From contig NC_083437.1 in the NCBI RefSeq assembly GCF_020745735.1, forward strand, positions 35,712,001 through 35,776,000: DNA of 64,000 nt. Reading direction: 5' to 3'. Position 1 is the stretch's first letter. Each line of letters opens with the position of its first letter. Below the pieces are notes generated by a model that searched no databases, was not told where the DNA came from, and saw only the letters and a list, made by a program, of their open reading frames with translations. A program made the position numbers and the translations under genes. Positions 53,278 to 64,000 of the stretch are shown here, in pieces. This DNA comes from Hemiscyllium ocellatum. Lineage: Eukaryota.

Positions 53278-55662
53278 GGCTTGTGTATAAACAAGCCCCA
53301 ACTAGCTACCAAAAGACATGTGTGGTAGTCCTTTCTATCAGAAATTGCCTCCATCTAAAAAGGGCACAAAAAGTCTAAGGTTTTGGTTCAAGGAGACAGA
53401 TGGCATGTCTGTATGACTGATGCCACTTAAACACAATTCCCTTCCATAGATGATCATCATTTGGTTGTCTAATGGGAAGAAACAAAATTTAGAGGAGGCC
53501 TCAACTCTTACCACTTCTGAACAAGAGCTAAATAAACAGAAATGATGTGAAAATCTGCAGCATAAACCAGGGGAAAACATGGAAACAATGAGCCTGAATA
53601 GGTTGATGAACATACAAAGGAAAGGAATTGACTAAATTGTACACACATTCTTGGAGGGCAAATTTATACTTAACTGTAAACAGTGAGCACAGAAAAGCTT
53701 TCTGCTACCTTATTGATACACATCATCCTCACTTGTCTCTTAATATTCCTTCCCTATTTCTTTCTATTTTCTATTCAATTTTTAAAACTTCAATTTTCCA
53801 CTTGGTACATTTGGTCTAACCAACACTACAAAAGAGTCAAATGTGGTTATCAATCCAACATATGATTTGTGTAATAGAAAAAAGGGAGCCGGAGTTAATA
53901 ATTTGTGGTGTAAAGAATTTCTATTAAAATTACACTTTGAAACAATTACAAATAAATTAGCCAAACAACTCCTTGCACACAAGCTGTCCTTAAATCCAAG
54001 TGCCATAAATGAAAACTCATATTGCATGAGATGCCTTTAAACCAGTCTTTACTACTGACATTCCTACCACTGAAACCACAAACCACACAACTCACTGAAT
54101 CGAAGGGCTGTACTTTAAACATGCATAGAAGTGCATATAACATTAACCCCATGAATGTAGCAATCTACTTCAAAGTTCAATGTTACAATTGCAATATTTA
54201 TACATCTTCAAAAGTAAACCAGTTTTTCTAAGAATTATCTGCTGCAGGAACCTGAAAAACATGTAATTTCATTAACTTAAACTATCCAATTCTGCAAATG
54301 TCTACCCTTAAATGTGGTCAAAACATCAGTTGACCTCAGACTAAAACTTTAAAAATTCAATAGTAATTGTTTAGACAATATGGATTCAGAAAGAGAAACC
54401 AGGCTGAACTTTTAGTTCCTGAGGGGGCAAGCAAGGAGGAAAGTAGTCACAAAATGTGGGATGAAGAAGGCCAAGAGTTGATAGCAGTGGCATGATTTCT
54501 GAAAACCTACAGTGACCAATTGAGGGTCAATGACTAGGATTTTCCAATTCGCCTCCAAATTCCCACAAGATACAAGGATTAATTCTGGTGCCTAAAGGCA
54601 ACTCCCCCAACAGAAGACTGAGCTGCAGTGCCCAGGCAGCTTAGACGATCTCCCTGTCGGCTTGGATGCGTCAACAGTTACGCACTGCTTTAAGTTTTTA
54701 AAAAAAAAATTGGGAAGAGGTGGCTTCCATTTCAAAGCCCTCAATCACAGCCTGATACTCCTTTCATGCTGGAAACATCTGACTCAAATCCCACTGTCCT
54801 TAACTGAATACAAGCCCATCTCTGGGTCAATAATGGAGCCCCAGTCAAAGTTGGGGCGGTGATGGATTGTGCACAGGGAAAGTTGGAGACCCAAAGAGAT
54901 TTGTCAGTTTAAAAACGCTCTTACTTTTTGGCACAGAGGATGTGTCCTCATCTCTGTACCAGGAGTAGGAGGTCAAATCCCACCTACTCCAGACATGTGG
55001 AACAACATCTGCGAGCAGGCTGAGTAGAAAATATCTAAAAAATGCTCTTACTGACGAAACAATATTCCATGTCTACTCCTAATCAATGAACATATCTTGC
55101 ATTTCAAGCATTGTCTGCTTTTTTAATCCTGTAAAGGTTCTACCAGATCATTTAACCAAACTGGTCAGCTTTATTCACTTATAAAACAGAAAAAAGCACT
55201 ATATTGAAAAATAAGATAACGGAAAGGACAAAAATTTGTAACCTCTACCTGCAGGAGAAGGATTATAAGACCAAAGCAATGTAACTTACTAAATGTATGA
55301 AACACCCAGGAGGCCTGATCCATATGTTTTCATGAAAAAAAAGCTTGCTTTACTTCAAAATTTTGATAGGAAATCTAAAACACAAATTAGTTAAATTTAG
55401 TTCATCTTTATTCTTTATCTGATTGCGAGCCTTGAAATGATTGCACCATGTCAGTGAAATTTCCATTTGAGTAAGCTCTCTTTCATTGCTTCCTGTTTGA
55501 TTGTGTCACCTTCTTTGTATACAGGATTCATTCTCAAAACATACTTCTCCACACATTCAGAAATGCCATAATTTCAGTGTGCTTTTATGTGTTTTCCATG
55601 ATGTAAAGATCAGATAGTTTTGTTGTTTCAAATATAAATGATGCAGGGGGCCAGTTAGTTCA

Positions 55663-55884
55663 GGTAAAAAAAGAGGTCTGCAGATGCTGGAGATCACAGC
55701 TGAAAATGTGTTGCTGGTTAAAGCACAGCAGGTCAGGCAGCATCCAAGGAATAGGAAATTCAACGTTTCCGGCATAAGCCCTTCATCAGAATTCCTGATG
55801 AAGGGCTTATGCCCGAAACGTTGAATTTCCTATTCCTTGGATGCTGCCTGACCTGCTGTGCTTTAACCAGCAACACATTTTCAG
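55663..55884. mobile_element. Palindromic mini-PLE (90-bp arms) with 13-bp TSD; hammerhead motif on both strands
   Basis: 55700-55789 pairs with 55795-55884 (1 mismatch); GCCAGTTAGTTCA at 55650-55662 and 55885-55897. Confidence 0.9.
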
Positions 55885-56128
55885 GCCAGTTAGTTCAATT
55901 GGCCGGATAGCTAATATGTTTGTTTTTATTCTTTTATGGGATGTGGGTGGCAGTGGCCAGGCCAGCATTTATTACCCATCTCGGAGGAGGATGGCAATTA
56001 AGTGTTTGGAGTCACATGTAGGCCAGACCAGGTAAGGACAGCAGTTTCCTCCCCGAAATCCCCACGTGAATCCTAGAAGATGTTAACAGCATAAGGTTCA
56101 GCGGAGGTAGACCCAGACCCCATCTCTT

Positions 56129-57710
56129 ATAGTCATAGAGATGTACAGCATGGAAACTGACCCTTCGGTCCAACCCATGCCGACCAGGTATCCCAACCCA
56201 ATCTAGTCCCACCTGCCAGCACCCGGCCCATATCCCTCCTATTCATATAGGCATCCAATGCCTCTTAAATGTTGCAATTGTACCAGCCTCCACCACTTCA
56301 TCTTGCAGCTCATTCCGTACAGGTACCACCCTCTGTGTGAGAACGTTGCCCCTTAAGTCTCTTTTATATCTTTTCCCTCTCACCCTAAACCCATGCGCTC
56401 TAGTTCTGGACTCCCCAACCCCACGAAAAAGACCTTGTCTATTTATCCTATCCATGCCCCTCAATTTTGTAAACCTCTATAAGGTCACCCCTTAACCTCA
56501 GACATTCTAGGGGGAAAAAACCCAGCCTGTTCAGCCGCTCTCTCTAGCTCAAATCCTCCAACCCTGGTAACATCCTTGTAAATCTTTTCTGAACCCTTTC
56601 AAGTTTCACAATATCTTTCCGATACTCAATACGCTGACCAATTAACAAAAGCACACCAAACACCTTCTTCCCTATCCTATCTACCTGCAACTCCACTTTC
56701 AAGGAGCTATGAACCTGCACGCCAAGGTCTCTGATCAGCAACACTCCCTAGGATCTTACCAATAAGTGTGTAAGTCCTGCTAAGATTTGCTTTCTCAAAA
56801 TGCAGCACCTCGCATTTATCTGAATTAAACTCCATCTGCCACTTCTCGGCCCATTGGCCCATCTGGTCAAGATCCCGTTGTAATCTGAGGTAATCCTCTT
56901 CGCTGTCCATAACACCTCCAATTTTGGTATCATTTGCAAACTTACCAACTGTACCTCTTATGCTCACATCCAAATCATTTATGTAAATGACAAAAAAGTA
57001 GAGGACCCAGCACTGATCTTTGTGGCACTCAATGGTCACAGGCGTCCTGTCTGAAAAACAACCCTCCACCACCACCCTCTGTCTTCTACCTTTGAGCCAG
57101 TTCTGTATCCAAATGGCTAGTTCTCCCTGTATTCTGAATTCTAACCTTGCTAATCAATCTCCCATGGGGAACCTTGTCAAACACCTTACTGAAATCCATA
57201 AAGATCACATGTACCACTCTGCCCTCATCAATCCTCTTTGTTACTTCCTCAAAAAACTCAATCAAGTTTGTGAGACATGATTTCCCACACACCAAGCCAT
57301 GTTGACTATCCCACATCAGTCCTTGCTTTTCCAAATACATGTACATCTTGTCCCTCAGGATTCCCTCCAACAACTTGCCCACCAACGTCAGGTTTACTGG
57401 TCTACAGTTCCCTGGCTTGTCCTTACCACCCTTCTTAAACAGTGGCACCATGTTAGCCAACCTCCAGTCTTCCGGCACCTCATCTGTGACTATCAATGAT
57501 ACAAATATCTCAGCGAGAGGCCCAGCAATCTCTAGCTTCCCACAGAGTTCTTGGGTACACCTGATCAGGTCCTGGGGATTTATCCACTTTTATGCGTTTC
57601 AAGACATCCAACACTTCCTCCTCTGTAATTTGGACATTTTGCAGGGTGTTACCATCTATTTTCCTACATTCTATTTCTTCCATATCCTTTTCCACTGTAA
57701 ATACTGATGC
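56129..57710 (-). mobile_element. CR1/HER1 LINE, 5'-truncated
   Basis: IKVDKSPGPD, VPEDWRLAN, DFSKVFDKVPH, FANDTK; 3' UTR. Confidence 0.92.
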
Positions 57711-57854
57711 ACATCTTATCCAAAGGTGAACACAGATTATGACACTTCATATAGCTTAGCATTTAATTCCCAACAACCTGCTTTTGGACAGAGAATTCAA
57801 AGAGATCATACTCTGTAAATGGGATGTCCCAAATTATATTAAGGAGTAAAGTGA

Positions 57855-58960
57855 GAGTAACAGCCGTTCACATCAAAGCTGCATTCGACCAAGTGCGGCA
57901 TCAAGGAACCCTTGCAAAACCGGAATCAATGGGAGTCAGGGGCAAATGCTCCGCTGATTGGAATCATACATGACACACAGGAAGATGGTCATGGTTGATC
58001 GAGGTTAGTCATCTCAGCTCCAGGACATCTCTGCAGGAGTTCCACAGGATAATGTCCTAGGCTCAAGCATTTTCAGCTGTTTAATAAATTACCTCCTGTC
58101 AGAAGGTCAGAAGTGGGGGGTGGTCACTGATGATTGTACCATGTTTAGTATCATTTGCAAATCCTCAGATACTAAAGTAGTCCATATTGAAATGCAAGAT
58201 GATCTGAACAATATTCAGACTTGGGCTGACAAGTGGCAAGTAACATTTGCACCATTCAAATGTCAGGCTACGACCATCACCAACAAGAGACAATCTAACC
58301 ACTGTTCATTTACACCACTTACACACACTAACAACATCTTGGGGGTTATGCTCAACCAGAAACTTAACTGGACTGTCCATATTAAACAGTGGCTACAAGA
58401 GCAGATCAGAGGCTAGGAATACTGTGACAAGTAACTCACCTCCTAACTCCCCAAAGCCTGTCCACTACCTACAAGGCACATGTCATGAATGTGATGGAAT
58501 ACTCCTCGTTCCTGCACGGGTGCAGCTCCAACACTCAAGAAGCAGCCCCATTGATTGGCACCACTTCCACAAGCACCATTCTCTCCGATACCAATGTTTA
58601 GTAGCAGCAGTGTGTACTCTAAGATGCACCACTGAAATTTACCAATGATCCTCAGATGGCTCCTTCCAAAGTCACGGCCACTTCCATCTAGAAGGACAAG
58701 AGCAGCAGATAATTGGGATAAATGCAAGTTCTTCTCCAAACCATTCACCACTCCGACTCAGAAATATATTGCCGTTCCTTCACTGTCGCTGGGTCAAAAT
58801 CCTGGAATTCCTTCTCTAATGGCATTATGGGTCAGCCTACAGCACAGAGTGCAGTGGTTCAAGGCGGCAGCTTACCACTACCCTCTGAAGGACAACCAGG
58901 GACAGGCAATAAATGCTGACCAGCCAGCAATGCCCACAAGCCACAAAATGAATTTTAAAA
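57855..58960 (+). mobile_element. Old L2/CR1-clade LINE (family B)
   Basis: IKAAFDQV, GVPQDNVLG, WADKWQVTFAP; 3' ggcaataaatgctg; another remnant at ~60290-60880. Confidence 0.72.
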
Positions 58961-61414
58961 AAAACTTTAAAAGAGCAGAAAAGATCATGACTGTGTTCCT
59001 TCCCCACTTCCACTCAAAGGAAAGACCACAGGTCAAACTCTTCTCCAATAATGGAGGAGAGTTGGAACCTGGCAATTTCCCGTCATCTATCTTTGATTCC
59101 ACCAATCTTTAGCACAACCAGAATGGTAATACCAACACAGGAACAGTAGTAGTGTTCAGTCACACGAACCCGTTGCACCATTTAATTAAATGGTGTCAAT
59201 CCATATCACTATTCTATCTATTCGATTCCCTGACTATTAAAATGACCTTGAAAAATTTACTTTCCAGGTCATTTAAAGTAAACATTGAAAATAAAAAGAC
59301 TCAATATCAAGTATACTTGCCAAGAAATTACCAGATTGTCATTAAAAAAAAAATACCTGTCCTTTTCACTAATATTCTTTAAGGAAAGTTCTTACAGTGA
59401 CAAGCTCTATACATACAGCAATGTGAGGGACTCTTGAAAACCTTCAAAACTGCAAGCCACTATTATCATGAAAGGCTGCTCACCACCACCTGAAGGAGAA
59501 GCTACAATAACCATTAAATGCTGGTGCCAGTCATCCACACACACAAGAACTAAAAAAAAATCTTCATGAGCCAGAATTAGAACACGTTTGAGAGATTGAA
59601 TCACAAATGAGTGAGAGATTTGGTCACTATAAGCAGATACAAAAAAATTATTGCTTTATCATAAAGGCTTTTTGGCCACTTCACAGTATCACTTCTACAA
59701 CTTACAGCAACTTTTCAGTTGCAGTATTTCTGGCATGTTGCTCATCAACAGAGGCAGCATTCTGCTGATACAGAGCATATAGCAGCTTCTGGTGTAGACA
59801 AAATGGTCTCGGATCTAACAAAATAAGACTGGGTCAAAGTAGGATCGTAAATCATTCCTTGATAATGTTGAGTTGTAGTGGGGATTTTTTGCATCGATGA
59901 TTTGATTGTTTTTGCATTCTAATTATTGTAATTTACTTAACCATAAAGAGTGTACTGTATTCTCTGGAAGTACAGTGATAACAAACAATTTGTTGTTACA
60001 GTGTTATGGTTGTTAGTGACCCATTGAAACGCCATTATCTTGGCTACAAGAACATTACATAATGTAGTAATGCAAGTCAGTTAGAAATTACTCAGTAACG
60101 ATGGTTAACCTTGAAATATTGATGACTAGAAATTAAATTTAGGTCTTCAAACATCATGTTAATAGTGATAACTTTCCCGAAAAAATACAATGGTCTTTCA
60201 TTTGCTGCAATGTTTCTTTGAATAAAAATTCAAAGCTAGATTACAACATGACGTGGACAGAGTCTTCCATGCATGCGCATATTAGTAAGCAGATTTAAGG
60301 CAAGTCTGACCATCATTTGGAGCTGACATGGTAAAAATCAACTTTCAAAAGATTAGGATGATGTTGTTGGAGGACATAATTGCAAGAGATCCTTGGGGTA
60401 GTGGCCTGGGACCAACCAGTTTCAACCAATTCAATGAACTTCCCGCCATCTTAATTTCAGGAGCGGGGACATATACTAATGATCGTAAAATGTTCAGCAC
60501 TAGTTGCGATTCCTCAGATACCAAAGGCATCCGTGTCACTGACCTTGACAGCAGTCAGGCTCAAGCTGATAAGTGGCAAGTATCTGCACCACATAAGGGG
60601 CAGGCAATGACCATTTGCCTGGATAAGCACAGCTCCAATACCATTTGGGAAGCTTTATACCATCCACGACAAAGCAGCCCACTTGATTGGCACCATGTTC
60701 ACAAACATTCACTCTCTCCACAATCATTGACACAGTAGTAGCACCAATGCGTATTACCTATGTGAGCAGACCTGCACTAGGTGGACTGCAATGTCTCAAA
60801 AGGCAGCTTATCATCATCTTCTGAAGGCCAACGAAGCGTTGCATAGCAAATACCATTGGATGTTTACATCCCATGGAAGAATTGGAAAAAGCTACTTGGA
60901 AAACAATGGAGTACTTTAAACATATGGATTGGGTTCCCATTATATAATAATTGTGGCATGAATGTTACTTAATTTACCCACTCTGGCTTCCCTGCTAAGC
61001 CAGACTGTAGCAAATGCACCTCGGGCCAGAAAACCCAAAACAGTACTCCATCTAAGATATTGACTACTGATTGAAATGGAGAGGGAATGCTCGTATTGAC
61101 CCCATATTGATAGAAAAGCAGTCAGTATTCACAGTTGTTCACTCCTGCTACCCCTCTCAAGACCTAATCTTGTATTTTCACCTCTTATTGGATAAAACTG
61201 TCCACCTGATATAATCTTCTCACATTGGATGACAGACCCCAAAACAACCAGAAGGTACCAAACAACAGTACAACCTACCTACAAATAAACCTTCTAAATT
61301 GAGCTGCAAATTCTTAAACATATACCTGGCTGCTTCTTTTATAGCAGTTCTTTTTCTTTCTTTCTTTCTTTCTTTCCAACTACTATTTCATTTAGATAGT
61401 TAACTGCGACTTAC

Positions 61415-61537
61415 CGAACCGATAAAGTGAAATCGCCAGGATTACTTTTACTGGGTCGAGCTAGGAAATTCCCATGAACACCTCTTGTCAGTAAAAGCCG
61501 CTCAGCTTCAATCCCTGTGATATTGGGATGGAACCAC
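61415..61537 (-). CDS. ptpn11b: SHP-2-like phosphatase exon 2 (N-SH2 start): [41 protein letters not shown]
   Basis: 123 nt; acceptor ttacacag|G, donor CG|gtaagt; FLARPS pTyr-binding motif. Confidence 0.96.
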
Positions 61538-64000
61538 CTGTGTAACAATAAAATAAAGAAACAAGTTTTAATTAATACCATATCTATTATAGTTTATTAT
61601 TCAATAATTCTGAGTGCTAAAATACTGAAAATCTATTAATTTTGATTTAAGCCAAACACAGCCTCCTTTCACTACACAAACTTATATTCACTTTTCCACA
61701 ATGTCCTTTTGGGACATGCTCTATTATATAGGCCTTGTCAAATTCTCTCATGCTGATACGTGAATTTTGCTATCACTATTCAGGTATTTATTTTATTTGT
61801 GTTGAGTTATGCTGCTTCAGTTATGATTTGCCGTTGCCAGCATGAGAATGGAGTAGGTAAGAAGAATAATAATATGACAGGTACAAGCAAAGGATAATCA
61901 AGGTGGAAGAGGAAAATGCAGAGTCATGGGTATAGTGAGACTTGGGGTGACCACCAGTTACTGGTTTAAGAGTAAAATACCAGGAATTTTACTAGCTTGA
62001 GCATTTTAGAAACTAAGGTGAGAGTTTAAAAGTAATTTATATGAAAAAATGCACACAGAAATACTTAAAATAATAAATAGGAAAAAAGATAAATTGGCAC
62101 ATCAAAACTTCACAAGTTATTGTACTGCCTTGTGTGTTACTATATATAAATAACACATCCACCATGTAATCTCCTTGAGAAAACCCCTGCTAATTAGGAA
62201 AAGGAGGAGGAAAAAAAAAGAAAAATTCAGCTCCAAGCTGCTAGGCAATTGAAATTCATCTAAATTATATTCACTTGGACTTACACAATAGTGTAACCTA
62301 CTTTTTGTAGAAGGTGAACTTCTCTAAAGAAAAAAGTCTAGCTGTTTTTTGAACAGCCATCACAGACCAGCATTCACCACACAAGTCAATAATCTGTATT
62401 ATAGGTCCACTGTTCTCTACAAGTAGTTACTAACAGCAATTGCTGTTGCCAGTTGTGTCAATGGTAGTTATCAGTTTATAACATATAGGGTATTGGCTAT
62501 TCATCTCCATTTGTAAGATTTAGGATATCATCCACTGATTTGACTAAATTTAGCAAAAATAAACAAAGCAGAATACTGTGGATGTTGGAAATCTGAAATC
62601 AAAAGAAAACAGAATACGTTGGAAATGTTCAGATGAGGCAGCATCTGTTGAGAGCAAGAAACAGAGTTAAATGTTTCAGGACAAATGTTCGCTCAAAAAA
62701 AAGCAGCTCGACAAACATTTCCTGATCTGCTCAATGTTTCTAGCATATTCTGTTTTACTATTTGTAATTATTCAGAGTTTACAGCAAGGATAACTTTCAG
62801 AATACATGTCTCTGCTATCAATGGAAGTATTCCTAGTTCCTGGCAACAAATTTGTTGACATGAGGTTTGGATTAACATAAATCTACATTTATGACCACCA
62901 GGTAATACTTTAAAAGTAGTATCATGTAGAAACTATTCTTTTTAATAGCTATTGTCTTATTAGACTATAGGAATGCCCTCTCATGAGAGAGAGAGATGGC
63001 TGGCGGTTTAATCCAAGGATCACCAAGCCTCAAGTGAGGGGAGAGGTTGAAAAGCAGAGTCCTTCATAGTAACATCAGCAAGAGCAGAAATTTAACTCAC
63101 ACTGTTGGCATGATTTTGTATCACAAATCAGCTGTCCGGCCAACAGAGCTAACTGACCCCAAGTAAAGGGCTGGTCATTGATATTTCCAGTCAACACATG
63201 CACAAATGACTCAACCACTGAACAAGTTGTTTGCAGTGATCACTATATTTAATTCATAGTGGAGGTTACTCAAATGATACATAGCTTTAAATCATACCTC
63301 TGTGATGTACATTTCTGTTTATAACAAAATCTACAGTTTGAAAAAGGCAATACTTGATTTTAGTGAGCCCAAACGTAAAAACTGAGTGATCTCACAAAAA
63401 TGCTTGTAAAACTGTGACCATGTTCCTTTTTTTAAAAAGTCAACCATGTCCAGGTGTTCAGTTTACACACCTCTGGAAGAAGCAAGTTTTGAACTTGGGC
63501 CTCCTCACTCAGATACTGCCATTGCACCATAAAGGATCCTCTTCCATAAGTCTTTTGATAAAAAAGAGTTAAAAAACCAAATATTTATTTTATAAAACCT
63601 GAAGGGGGTTACATTTGGTCATATTAGGAAAGAAATGTCGACTAAATCAAACCTCACATTTATTCTTGCACAGTTTTTTGTGGCTAACCACATTTTCCAT
63701 TTAAAACCCAAACTCTATGTTCTATTTCCACAGAAACAAAATTCATCACTAACCTGTAAATATTTCCAACAAGCAGCTAATGAATTTCCACAGTACAAAA
63801 TGAGGCCACTAAGAAAACGGAGGTATTTGCAGTTGCTACACTCAGTAGGGTACATATGTAGTGCTAAAATATTAACAAAACCAAATCAGAAGCATCTAAA
63901 CCCAAAGTTACCAACAAACCAAAGCCCTTCTTTTTGGCTTCTGGGATTTACTTATACTGGAATCCAATTAAAACTTTCCATATTTGGTCAAAAGAATCAG

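Noticed and set aside
61538-64000. Exon 1 or promoter
   Set aside because: No CpG island or convincing ATG-plus-donor exon seen; probably beyond the window.

Overview
Eukaryotic, AT-rich, repeat-dense vertebrate DNA. It is most likely an elasmobranch (shark), inferred from HE1-type V-SINEs, HER1/CR1 LINEs and abundant Penelope-like elements. The window lies inside one minus-strand gene encoding an SHP-2-family tyrosine phosphatase. Coding exons 2-8 and the first 66 nt of exon 9 are present, with GT-AG boundaries; exons 2-8 match PTPN11 sizes (123/195/193/117/114/97/80 nt). Diagnostic residues resemble the ptpn11b/SHP-2-like paralogue more than canonical PTPN11. Intron 2 is about 46.6 kb. The introns hold CR1, L2/CR1-like, Rex1/Babar and Penelope-like (PLE) elements and tRNA-derived SINEs. 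Most notable non-coding observations: (i) minimal type-I hammerhead ribozyme motifs in three PLE terminal-repeat families, with covarying stems and palindromic stem III, several on the pre-mRNA strand; (ii) TSD-flanked ORF-less mini-PLEs, one a hairpin; (iii) a ~692-bp near-perfect inverted duplication in intron 8; (iv) a perfect 170-bp direct duplication bracketing exons 6-8. Repeat boundaries are approximate and family names are from recall, not from database searches.
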